From an uncultured Alphaproteobacteria bacterium (GTDB taxonomy: Bacteria; Pseudomonadota; Alphaproteobacteria; Acetobacterales; Acetobacteraceae), in NCBI GenBank assembly GCA_963749575.1, contig CAVVNM010000014.1, positions 79,603-143,602 of the forward strand: a DNA stretch of 64,000 nucleotides. The letters run 5' to 3'. The position numbers and the translations under genes are program-made. Every line of letters starts with the position of its first letter. The first letter of the stretch is position 1. Positions 28,657-38,066 of this stretch are shown here, in pieces. The notes under the pieces are model-generated. The model saw only the letters and a program-made list of their open reading frames with translations. It was not told the DNA's origin and ran no database searches.

Positions 28657-28688
28657 GGTCGGTGGTTCAGATCCGCCCGCCGCCACCA
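28657..28688 (+). repeat. Direct repeat copy 2 (attR-like): partial tRNA 3' end
   Basis: ggtcggtggttcagatccgcccgccgccacca: 30/32 identical to 24832..24863, same orientation. Overlaps the last codons of the LysR gene. Confidence 0.9.
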
Positions 28689-29608
28689 TCCGATGCGGTG
28701 GTCCATGGCGCGGCACCCATGGTGAAGCGTCGCGCCAGGAAATCCAGCAGTACGGCAACGCGGGTTGGCCTTGGTCCGCCGGCCGGGGTGATCAGATGCA
28801 AAGCCAGCGCCGGCGCCGACCAGTCGTTCAGCACGATCTCGAGCCGCCCCGCTCGCACCGCGTCCCAGACGACAAAGTCCGGCTGCAGCGCCACCCCGCA
28901 GCCAGCCTCCGCTGCGAAGCCCAATGCCTCGGCGTTGGTCGCGCTGAGCGGCCCCTTCACGATCACCATCTCCTCGGTGCCGTTGGCATCGGTGAACCGC
29001 CAGGTCTCGCCGGTCGCGAGATACAGATAGCCGAGACACGCGTGATGCCGCAGATCGCGCGGATGGCTGGGCCGGCCGTGCCGGGCGAAATAGTCGGGCG
29101 CGCCGACCACCCAGCGGCGCACCGGGCATAGCCGGCGGGCGATCAGGCTGGAATCTGCCAGATCGGCGATGCGGACCGCGACATCGATGCCGCCGGCGAT
29201 CAGATCGACAACCCTGTCATCGAGCTGGAGATCGACCGAGACCTCGGGATAGGCCGCCAGGAACTCCGGCAGCGCCGGCGCAACATGCCGCAGGCCGAAC
29301 GACATCGGCGCGGCCAGCCGCACGCGGCCACGCGGCACCGCCGAGCTGGCGTGCGCCTCGGCCTCGGCCGCCTCGCCTTCGGCCAGGATGCGTGCCGCGC
29401 GCACCGCGAGCACCCGCCCGGCCTCGGTCAGCGCGAAACGGCGCGAGGTCCGGTGAATCAGCTTCTCCCCCAGCCGTGCCTCGAGCCGCTGTATGGCCTT
29501 CGACACAGTCGGACCGGACAGGCGCAGCTCCGCGGCGGCAGCGGCAAACGAGCCGGTCTCGGCCACCTTGGCAAAGACCGCCCAGGCTTCCAGGTCGGGC
29601 AGGCTCAT
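28667..29608 (-). CDS. LysR-family transcriptional regulator
   Basis: 313 aa. N-terminal wHTH LEAWAVFAKVAETGSFAAAAAELRLSGPTVSKAIQRLE. Divergent from the pirin genes. Confidence 0.9.
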   Translation of the reverse strand: MSLPDLEAWAVFAKVAETGSFAAAAAELRLSGPTVSKAIQRLEARLGEKLIHRTSRRFALTEAGRVLAVRAARILAEGEAAEAEAHASSAVPRGRVRLAAPMSFGLRHVAPALPEFLAAYPEVSVDLQLDDRVVDLIAGGIDVAVRIADLADSSLIARRLCPVRRWVVGAPDYFARHGRPSHPRDLRHHACLGYLYLATGETWRFTDANGTEEMVIVKGPLSATNAEALGFAAEAGCGVALQPDFVVWDAVRAGRLEIVLNDWSAPALALHLITPAGGPRPTRVAVLLDFLARRFTMGAAPWTTASDGGGGRI

Positions 29609-29624
29609 TCCGATGCCCCCAAAT

Positions 29625-29652
29625 CAGAAACGATGTCTTTCCATCCTTTCTG
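29625..29652. promoter_or_regulatory. Candidate LysR-type operator dyad in the LysR/pirin divergent promoter region
   Basis: cagaaa-N16-tttctg inverted repeat, 17 nt upstream of the LysR start. Spacing is longer than the classic T-N11-A, so this is tentative. Confidence 0.2.
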
Positions 29653-29708
29653 TTTTGCACGCCAGCGTCGAGCACCATGTTTCGCCCCGACTGAACAGGA
29701 GCACTGGC

Positions 29709-30407
29709 ATGATCGAACGCAGGAAGTTCGCCGAGCTGGGTGGCGCGAACCACGGCTGGCTGAACGCGAAGCACCATTTCTCGTTTGCCAACTACTACGA
29801 TCCCGCGCGCATGAACTGGGGCGCGCTGCGGGTATGGAACGACGACGAGATCGCCGCGAACTCGGGGTTCCCGCCGCATCCGCACGCCGACATGGAGATC
29901 ATCACCTATGTGCGCGAGGGCGCCATCACCCATAAGGACTCGATGGGCAATACCGGCCGCACCGAGGCGGGCGACGTACAGGTGATGTCGGCCGGCTCCG
30001 GTGTGCGTCATTCCGAGTACAACCTGGAAGACGCGACGACGCGGATCTTCCAGATCTGGATCGAGCCGACCGAGCGCGGCGGCAAGCCGTCCTGGGGTGC
30101 GAAGCCGTTTCCCAAGGCCGACCGCTCCGGCCACTTCGTGACGCTGGCGAGCGGCATCGCCGGTGACGCAGCGGCATTGCCGATCCGCGCCGATGCGCGC
30201 GTGATGGGTGCCACGGTGAAGGCGGGCGAGCGCATCAGCGTGCCGCTGGATCCCACCCGGCATGTCTATCTGGTGCCTGCCACCGGCGCGGTGGAGGTTG
30301 GCGGTGTGCGTATCGACGCGCGTGACGGCGCTGCCATCACCGATGTCGAGAGCATCGACATCGTCGGCCTGCAGGATGCCGAGGTGGTGTTGGTGGACGC
30401 GGCGTAG
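29709..30407 (+). CDS. Pirin family protein (single bicupin, YhhW-like)
   Basis: Start MIERRKF (frame-checked). Cupin metal motif FPPHPHADMEIITYV. Confidence 0.85.
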   Translation: MIERRKFAELGGANHGWLNAKHHFSFANYYDPARMNWGALRVWNDDEIAANSGFPPHPHADMEIITYVREGAITHKDSMGNTGRTEAGDVQVMSAGSGVRHSEYNLEDATTRIFQIWIEPTERGGKPSWGAKPFPKADRSGHFVTLASGIAGDAAALPIRADARVMGATVKAGERISVPLDPTRHVYLVPATGAVEVGGVRIDARDGAAITDVESIDIVGLQDAEVVLVDAA

Positions 30408-30422
30408 CCGAAGGAGACGGAG

Positions 30423-31307
30423 ATGCTGGATCTGGTGATCGAGGGCCGACGCAGAGATCTCGGCGGGGGGCTCGAGGTCGGGCGCGTGCTGCCGTTCGCC
30501 CGCCGGCGCATGGTCGGGCCGTTCATCTTTCTCGATCACATGGGTCCGGCGGATTTCCGATCTGGCGAGGGGATCGATGTGCGGCCGCATCCGCACATCG
30601 GCCTCGCCACCGTCACCTATCTGTTCGACGGCGAAATCCATCACCGCGACAGCCTTGGTGTCAGCCGGAAGATCCGGCCCGGCGAGGTAAACTGGATGAC
30701 TGCCGGTGCAGGCATCGTACATTCCGAGCGCACCGATCCTGCGTGGCGATCGAACGGCGGCCTGATGCACGGCATGCAGGCCTGGGTGGCGCTGCCGCGG
30801 GAGGATGAGGAGATCGCGCCGGCGTTTGCGCACCACGACGCGGACCAATTGCCGGAGACATCGGACCACGGTGTCTGGGCGCGGCTGATCGCCGGCTCCG
30901 CCTACGGGTTGAGCAACGACGTGAAGACGTTTTCGCCGCTGTTCTATCTGCACGTCGAGCTTGCCGACGGTGCGAGGATCGCGATGCCGGTCGAGCACAC
31001 GGAGCGCGCCGCGTATGTGGTGTCCGGGGCAGTGGAGCACGATGGCGCGCGGTATCCGGCCGGACGGCTGCTGGTGTTCGCGAACGGCGGCGAACCGGCG
31101 ATCGTGGCCGCGGGCGCACCGGCGCGCGTGATGCTGCTCGGCGGGGCGAGCATCGGTCCGCGGTTCATCTGGTGGAACCTCGTGTCGTCGCGACCGGAGC
31201 GGATCGAGCAGGCGAAAGCCGACTGGAAGTCCGGCCGGATGAAGTTGCCGCCGGATGACAGCAGCGAGTTCATCCCGCTGCCGGAGGAGGGGCCGGCTGC
31301 GGTCTGA
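30423..31307 (+). CDS. Pirin family protein (with C-terminal pirin domain)
   Basis: 294 aa. FIFLDHMGP and RPHPHIGLATVTYLF motifs. Confidence 0.85.
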   Translation: MLDLVIEGRRRDLGGGLEVGRVLPFARRRMVGPFIFLDHMGPADFRSGEGIDVRPHPHIGLATVTYLFDGEIHHRDSLGVSRKIRPGEVNWMTAGAGIVHSERTDPAWRSNGGLMHGMQAWVALPREDEEIAPAFAHHDADQLPETSDHGVWARLIAGSAYGLSNDVKTFSPLFYLHVELADGARIAMPVEHTERAAYVVSGAVEHDGARYPAGRLLVFANGGEPAIVAAGAPARVMLLGGASIGPRFIWWNLVSSRPERIEQAKADWKSGRMKLPPDDSSEFIPLPEEGPAAV

Positions 31308-31548
31308 TCGAGGATACAGCCGAGCCCTGCGCCATCGGGCCTCGCCGGGATGCAGCCACGGCAGGCGTGGTTCAGGAAATATCTGCCGCGTCGGTGCAAG
31401 CCGGGTGCACGCCGGGCACGTGGCCACTCCAGACGAACGAATCGAGCAGTGGTACGGCTGATTGCGCGACGAATGGACGGTGGCGGGCGAGGCCGTGTCA
31501 GTCCAGTACCACTGCCGTTGTCGTGTCAGTGGGAAGGAACGTCCAACC

Positions 31549-32763
31549 GTGACGATCGATGGAGGTGCGGAGTCCGCCTATGCCTGGCTTCGCCTTGCGA
31601 TCGGCGTGGCGCTCAGCACCCTCGGCGGTATCAGCCTGTGGTCCGTAGTGGTCGTGCTGCCCGCGGTGCAGGCGGAATTCGGCGTCGACCGTGCCACCGC
31701 CTCGTTGCCCTATACGCTGACGATGCTCGGCTTCGCGGTCGGCGGCGTGGCGATGGGACGCATGGCGGATCGCTTCGGCATCATGCTGCCGGCGCTGATC
31801 GGTGGTGTGGCGCTCAGCCTGGGCTACATCGCCGCAGCCAATGCCACCAGTCTGTGGCAATTCGCGCTGGCGCACGGGCTGCTGATCGCGCTACTCGGCG
31901 GATCTGCATCGTTCGGGCCGATCGTTGCCGACGTGTCCCACTGGTTCACCCGCCGACGCGGCACCGCGGTGGCGGTCGCTGCGGCGGGGAACTATGTCGC
32001 CGGCACGATCTGGCCGCCACTGGTACAGCACTTCGTGCAGACGGTGGGATGGCGGCAGACGCATCTCGGCATCGGGGTCATCGCCGCGGTGACAATGATC
32101 CCGCTTGCGTTGGCGCTGCGCCGCAAGGCACCGGCGCAGCAGCACAGCGCGACGCATGGCATTGCGTCGTCGCAGGCTTCACTCGGCATGTCACCGACTG
32201 CACTGCAGATCGTGCTGGCGATCGCAGGCTTCTGCTGCTGCGTCGCAATGTCGATGCCGCAGGTGCACATCGTCGCCTATTGCGGCGATCTCGGCTACGG
32301 CGTCACGCGCGGCGCGGAGATGCTGTCGGTGATGCTCGGCTTTGGCATCATCAGCCGCGTCGGCACCGGCTTTATCGCTGACCGGATCGGCGGACTGCCA
32401 ACTCTGCTGCTGGGCTCGATCGGGCAGATGCTGGCACTTCTGCTGTATCTCGGCTTCAACGGGCTTCCATCGCTCTACGTGATTTCCGCGCTGTTCGGCC
32501 TGGTGCAGGGCGGCATCGTGCCGAGCTATGCTATCGTGATCCGCGAATACCTGCCGGCGCGAGAGGCCGGGATGCGGTTCGGCGTGGTGATCATGGCGAC
32601 GCTGTTCGGCATGGCGTTCGGCGGTTGGGTCTCCGGCGTAATCTTCGATGTCACCGGATCCTACAGCGCCGCGTTTGCCAACGGCGCGTTGTGGAACCTG
32701 CTCAACGCCGGCATTGCCCTGACGCTGCTGACCCGTGGCGTTCGACGCGTGGCGCCAGCCTGA
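31549..32763 (+). CDS. MFS transporter
   Basis: GTG start 10 nt after ggaagga. 12-TM-type sequence with the MFS loop motif GRMADRFG. The start is uncertain (ORF is open from 31462). Confidence 0.75.
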   Translation: MTIDGGAESAYAWLRLAIGVALSTLGGISLWSVVVVLPAVQAEFGVDRATASLPYTLTMLGFAVGGVAMGRMADRFGIMLPALIGGVALSLGYIAAANATSLWQFALAHGLLIALLGGSASFGPIVADVSHWFTRRRGTAVAVAAAGNYVAGTIWPPLVQHFVQTVGWRQTHLGIGVIAAVTMIPLALALRRKAPAQQHSATHGIASSQASLGMSPTALQIVLAIAGFCCCVAMSMPQVHIVAYCGDLGYGVTRGAEMLSVMLGFGIISRVGTGFIADRIGGLPTLLLGSIGQMLALLLYLGFNGLPSLYVISALFGLVQGGIVPSYAIVIREYLPAREAGMRFGVVIMATLFGMAFGGWVSGVIFDVTGSYSAAFANGALWNLLNAGIALTLLTRGVRRVAPA

Positions 32764-32779
32764 ATCGGGTGACGAAACA

Positions 32780-33485
32780 TCACCCCACACCGATCAGTCC
32801 AGCCAGCCGCCGTGGATCATCGAGCAGTGGCTGGCTGGCGGCGTCGTAGACCAGCCTGCCGCGATCCAGAACGATCGCGTGCCCGGCGAATTCCAGCGCC
32901 AGGCGCGCATGCTGCTCGACCAGCACGATGGCAAGCCCGTCGTCCTGACGCAGGCGGTGCAGCGCGGCGAGCAGCGCATCGACGATGATCGGCGCCAGTC
33001 CCTCCAGCGGTTCGTCGAGCAGCAGCAGCGACGGATTGCCCATCAGCGCACGCCCGATCGCCAGCATCTGCTGCTCGCCGCCGGAAAGCTGGTTGCCCAT
33101 GTTGCGGCGGCGAGCCGCAAGCGACGGGAACAGTTCGTAGATGCGCTCGCGCGTCCAGCGTGTGCCGCCGCGCGCGGCGACGCCCAGGTTCTCGTCGACG
33201 TTCAGCGACGGAAAGATCTCGCGTTCCTGCGGCACATAGCCGATGCCGAGACGCGCGCGCTGGAACGGTCGCAGCCGCTCGATCGACCGGCCACGGAATG
33301 CGATGCGTCCGGCATGCAGTGTGGTGTGGCCAAGCACCGTCGCCAGCAGCGTCGATCTTGCCGACACCATTGCGTCCCAGCACCGCCAACGTGCCGCCGT
33401 CCGTCACGCTGAGCGAGACGCGTTCCAGCACCACGGTCTCGCCGTAGCCCGCCGACACGTCGTGCAGCGCGAGGCAGTCAGCCAT
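32780..33485 (-). pseudogene. HAAT-family ABC transporter ATP-binding protein (LivF-like), one apparent extra base near 33357
   Basis: N-terminus MADCLALHDVSAGYGETVVLERVSLSV..LGRNGVGK. It then shifts frame to STLLATVLG...LSGGEQQMLAIGRAL...LLLLDEP. Length minus 1 nt gives 235 codons. Confidence 0.8.
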
Positions 33486-34235
33486 GCTGGCGCTCGCCGA
33501 GATAGACCTCGCGCACGCGCGCATCGGCGGCGATCTCCGCCGGGGTTCCCTCGACCAGAACGCTGCCCTGCACCAGCACCGTGATGCGGCGGGCGAAGCG
33601 GAACACCAGCTCCATATCGTGCTCGATGATCAGCACCGCGATGTCGCGCGGGAGCTGTTCGATCACCTCGAGGATGATCGCGCTTTCCGCCGACGGCACG
33701 CCGGCGGCCGGTTCGTCCAGCAGCAGCACCGTCGGCCGCAGACCGAGCGCGATGGCGATCTCCACCAGACGCTGCTTGCCGTAAGGCAGTTCCTGTCACC
33801 GGAACCAGCGCATCATCCGCGATGCGCAGACGTTCGAGCAGTGCATAGGCCTGTTCCAGCGACGCGCGACGCGACGCCGACCGAGCGGCAGCATGTCGCC
33901 GCCGATGCCGGCATGTTCGGCGACGGCGAGAGCAGACATTCTCCAGCACCGACAGGCCGCGAAACAGCGTGTTGATCTGGAACGTCCGGCCGAGCCCGCG
34001 GCGCACGCGTGCCGCCTGCGGCAGATGCGGTGATGTCCTCGCCGCCGAGCAGGATGCGGCCTGCCGATGGCGGCAGCCGGCCGGTGATCAGGTTGATGAA
34101 CGTCGTCTTGCCGGCGCCGTTCGGGCCGATCAACGCGTGGCGCGCACCGGCCTCGAGGCGGAAATGGATGTCGTTCGCCACGATCAGCGCGCCGAAGCGC
34201 TGGTGCAGGCCGATGGTTTCCAGTGCCGGTGTCAT
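33478..34235 (-). pseudogene. HAAT-family ABC transporter ATP-binding protein (LivG-like), four indels
   Basis: Conserved pieces lie in three frames: MTPALETIGLHQRFG..GPNGAGKTT; RVRRGLGRTFQINTLF..ENV; LAVAEHAGIGGDM; SLEQAYALLERL; LPYGKQRLVEIAIAL..LLLDEP. Inferred extra bases near 34025, 33932 and 33795, and a missing base near 33870. Confidence 0.8.
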
Positions 34236-35188
34236 CGGCGCAGCAGCCGATCGATCAGGCCGAGCACGCCGCCGCGCGCGAACATCACCAGCAGCACCAG
34301 CAGCAGGCCGATCCAGAAATACCAGAACGCCGGCTCGAGTTTCGCCAGCTGGTCCTGCGCGATCATGTAGAGGCTGGCGCCGACGAAGGCGCCGTACAGC
34401 CGGCCGATGCCGCCGAACACCAGCATGATGACGATCTCGCCGGAGCGTTGGAAGCCAAGCACGGTGAGGCCGACGAACTGCGTGGTCTGTGCCAGCAATG
34501 CGCCGGCGATGCCGGCGAGTGCAGCGGATATCGTGTAGACGGTGATCAGTCGCCGCCGCACCGGCGAGCCGATCGCATGCATGCGGGCGGTGTTCTCGCG
34601 GATGCCGACCAGCGAGCGGCCGAATGCGAGTGCACCAGGCGGCGCGCGAACAGCCAGGCGACGAACAGCACGGCCAGGCAATAGAGATAGGCGGTGCGAC
34701 CGAACAGGTCGAAGCGGAAGATGCCGAGGATCGGATCGATGTCCACGCCTTGCAGCCCATCGGCGCCGCCGGTGACGAAGCTCGCCTTGTTCGCGGCCTC
34801 GGCCAGCAATGCGGTGATCGGCGAGGGTCAGCATCAGCAGCGTGAGGCCTTGGGTGCGCAGGATGACGAGACCCGACGCCCATCCGACCGCGGCGGCGGC
34901 GGCGGCACCGACCAGCAGGCCGGACAGCGGTTCGCCGGAGACGCGCACCGCGTAGATGCCGGCGGCATAGGCGCCGACGCCGAAGAATGCGGAATGGCCA
35001 AGCGTGACGATGCCGGCGTAGCCGAGCACCAGATCCAGCGACAGCGCGAACAGGATCATGATCAGGATCTGGCTGCCGAGAGACAGGTAGTCGTCGAAGC
35101 CGAAGTAAGCGGCGATCGCGATGACCCAGGGCAGCAGTTCGATCGCGCGCAGGCGGTGGCGGCGGATCAGCGCGTCGACGGGTGACAC
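34232..35188 (-). pseudogene. HAAT-family ABC transporter permease (LivM-like), two compensating indels
   Basis: The outer parts are in one frame. The middle (ITALLAEAANKASFVTGGADGLQGV...WLFARRLVHS) is in the frame of ORF 34546..34809. Inferred extra base near 34819 and missing base near 34625. Confidence 0.8.
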
Positions 35189-36049
35189 TCAGGCGCGACC
35201 GAACAGGCCCGCGGGGCGCCACAGCAACAGGACGATCATGGCGGCGAACACGAAGAAGGCGCCGAGTTCCGGCACCAGGTATTTGCACGCGGTGTCGCCG
35301 AAGCCCAGCAGCAGCGCGGCGACGAACGGACCGCGCAGCGAGCCGAGGCCGCCGATCGCGACGACCATCAGGAAGTAGACGAGATACTCGGTGGCGTAGC
35401 CGGGATAGATCGCCAGGATGTCGGCGCCGAGACCGCCGCCGAGTGCCGCGAGGCCGGAGCCGAGGGCGAAGGCGAGCGAGAACAGGCGGCGCGTGTCGAT
35501 GCCGATCAATTCGGCCATGCGGCGGTTGTCGACTGCGGCGCGCAGCTGGGCGCCGAAGTTGGTGCGCTCGACGCCGAGCCAGAGCAGCGCGATCAGCACG
35601 AAGCCGACGGCGATCAGGAAGGAGCGATACATCGGGAAGCTGCGGAAGCCGAGATCGAGCTGGCCGCTGAGCATGGCGGGCAGATGGATGGGCTGCGGCA
35701 ACGGGCCCCACAGGTAGCGCACGATGGCGACCGACATGAAGATCAGGCCGATGGTGAACAGCACCTGCTCCAGTTCGCTTGCGCCATACAGGCGAGCGTA
35801 GAGGGTGCGTTCGAGCACCACGCTGATCAGCGCGATCGCGATGAACGCCGCCAGCAGCGCGAGGCCGAACGGCACCGCGTAGGTGTTCATCAGCGTCACG
35901 GTGACGTAGCCGCCGGCCATCGCGAACACGCCGTGCGCCAGGTTGACAAAGCCCATCAGGCCCATGGTCACGGACAGGCCGACCGAGACGATGTAGAGGA
36001 TCATCGCATAGGCGAGGCCATGGAACAGGATGGAGGTCAGGGCTTCCAT
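35189..36049 (-). CDS. HAAT-family ABC transporter permease (LivH-like)
   Basis: 286 aa, intact. N-terminus MEALTSILFHGLAYAMILYIVSVGLSVTMGLMGFVNLAHG. Confidence 0.85.
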   Translation of the reverse strand: MEALTSILFHGLAYAMILYIVSVGLSVTMGLMGFVNLAHGVFAMAGGYVTVTLMNTYAVPFGLALLAAFIAIALISVVLERTLYARLYGASELEQVLFTIGLIFMSVAIVRYLWGPLPQPIHLPAMLSGQLDLGFRSFPMYRSFLIAVGFVLIALLWLGVERTNFGAQLRAAVDNRRMAELIGIDTRRLFSLAFALGSGLAALGGGLGADILAIYPGYATEYLVYFLMVVAIGGLGSLRGPFVAALLLGFGDTACKYLVPELGAFFVFAAMIVLLLWRPAGLFGRA

Positions 36050-36095
36050 CGGGGCTGCCCGCTTCCCGCGTCGCTGCGGGCGATGACAGGCGGGA

Positions 36096-37287
36096 TCATT
36101 TCAGGTGGTTGATCTCCTTCCACGGGTCCTTGACCATCGGTATCGTTTCGAACTCAACGTTGGCCAACTGCCCGTTCACCTTCTCGATCCGGCGGATGTA
36201 TTCGTTCTGCACGATGTCGCGCGTGTCGGGATCGATCATGATCGGCCCGCGCGGGCTGGCATCGTTCTTCCAGCCCTTCAGCAACTCCATCGTCTTCTCG
36301 GGATCGATGTTGCCCTGCTGCGCGATGATGGCGTGGAAGATCGCGGCCATGCCGTCATAGGCGCCGACCACCTCGAAGGCGGGCTGCTCAGTTGCGCCGA
36401 ACTCGGCCTGGTACGCCTTGACGAACGCCTGATTGGCCGGCCGGTCGCCTGCCGCGGAATAGTGGAACGCGGTCACCACGCCGAGTGCCACGTCACCCAT
36501 GTTCTGCAGTTCTTCATCGGTGGTGATGTCGCCGGTGCCGATCAGCTTGATCCCCGCCGCCTTCAGTCCGAGTTCGCCGAACGTCTTCATCAGCGCCGTC
36601 GCATCCTTGCCGCCGGGAACGAACACGAACACCGCATCGGGTCCGGCGTCCTTGGCGCGCTGCATGAAGGGCACATAGTCGGGATTGGCCAGCGGCATGT
36701 GCACGGAGCCGACGATCTGCCCGCCGGCATCGGTGAAGCCCTTGGTGAACGCCGCCTCGGCGTCGATCCCGGGCCCATAGTCGGTGACCGACGTGAATAC
36801 CTTCTTGATGCCGTTCTTCGCCGCCCACTGGCCCAGCGGATAGCTCGACTGCCACATGGTGAACGACGTGCGGGCGATGTACGGGCGACTTGGTGGTGAT
36901 CATCGCGGTGCCGGCATTCATGATGATGAACGGCACCTTTGCCTCCGTCGCCAGCGGTGCGATCGCCAGCGCGTTCGGCGTGTAGACCGTGCCGGCCAGA
37001 AGCTGCACGTGGTCGCGGGTGATCAGTTCCTGCGCCATGCGCTTGGCGACCTCCGGATTGGGCCCGGTGTCATCGCGGCGAATGATCTCCAGCTTCACGC
37101 CTGGCGGCAGGTCCTTCTCGTGCTGCTTCACGTAGAGCCGGATGCCGCGGTCGAGCAGTTCGCCCACGGCGGCGAATGGTCCGGAATAGGTATCGACGAT
37201 GCCCAGCTTCACCGTCTGCGCGAGCGCTGTCGTGCCGGCGCCGGCCACCAGGCAGGCTGCCGCGACGGCGGATGTCCAGAACCTCAT
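36096..37287 (-). pseudogene. HAAT-family periplasmic substrate-binding protein (LivK-like), one apparent extra base near 36883-36885
   Basis: The N-terminal part with signal peptide (MRFWTSAVAAACLVAGAGTTALA...ITTKSP) and the C-terminal part (YIARTSFTMWQSSYPLGQWAAKNG...) are in frames one base apart. RBS gggaggtg. Length minus 1 nt gives 397 codons. Confidence 0.8.
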
Positions 37288-37376
37288 GCGCGCACCTCCC
37301 ACTATTGTCCGCGTTCTGCCGCAGATCGACCGGGACAGCAACGGTGTGCGCGCGACGGCGACGGCGACGCGATGCG

Positions 37377-38066
37377 TCAGATCGGATGTTTCGCCGTCTG
37401 ATTGAACAGGATCTGCCGCTCCGCCTCGCTCGGCGGCGCGCGCCGGCGCAATTCCTTGCCGAGATCGATGCCACGCTGCACCGCCGGCCGTTGCTTGATC
37501 GTCTCGCGCCAGCGCGCGACGTTGGGGAAATCGTCCAGCGCCTGACCCAGCGGCTTCGAGATCAGCACCCACGGAAACGACGCCATGTCGGCGATCGAGT
37601 ATTCGTCGAGAATGTAGTCACGTCCCTCGAGCCGACGCTCCAGCACACCGAGGCAGCGGTTGTATTCATTGGCGTAGCGTTGGTGCGAATAGCTATGCTC
37701 GCCCTGCGCATAGTTCACGAAATGACTGAGCTGCCCCGCCATCGGCCCGAGATTGCCGACCTGCCAGAACAGCCACTCCAGCGTCTGCTTTCGCCCGCGC
37801 CGGTCGGTCGGCATGAACTGTCCCGACTTCTCGGCCAGATGCAGCAGGATGGCGCCTGATTCGAACACCGGCACCGTCTCGCCATCGGCGTCATGATCGA
37901 CGATCGCAGGCATGCGGTTGTTGGGGCTGATCGCCAGGAACTCCGGCTTGAACTGATCGCCCTTGCCGATATTCACCGGCACCACCCGGTATGGCAGGCC
38001 GCATTCCTCCAGCATGATCGACACCTTCCAGCCGTTCGGCGTCGGCCAGTAGTAGAAATCGATCAT
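37377..38066 (-). CDS. yfcG: Glutathione S-transferase, Nu class (YfcG-like)
   Basis: MIDFYYWPTPNGWKVSIMLEECGLPY...ISPNNRMPAIVD...ESGAILLHLAEK closely parallels E. coli YfcG. The ATG overlaps the upstream stop (ATGA). Confidence 0.8.
   Translation of the reverse strand: MIDFYYWPTPNGWKVSIMLEECGLPYRVVPVNIGKGDQFKPEFLAISPNNRMPAIVDHDADGETVPVFESGAILLHLAEKSGQFMPTDRRGRKQTLEWLFWQVGNLGPMAGQLSHFVNYAQGEHSYSHQRYANEYNRCLGVLERRLEGRDYILDEYSIADMASFPWVLISKPLGQALDDFPNVARWRETIKQRPAVQRGIDLGKELRRRAPPSEAERQILFNQTAKHPI

Larger units (their letters stand above)
24864..28688. mobile_element. Degenerate tRNA-associated genomic islet (no integrase retained)
   Basis: Bounded by the tRNA 3' end and a 30/32-identical direct copy. 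Cargo is a decayed TA pair plus a repeat-protein gene. No recombinase ORF in any frame. Confidence 0.55.
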
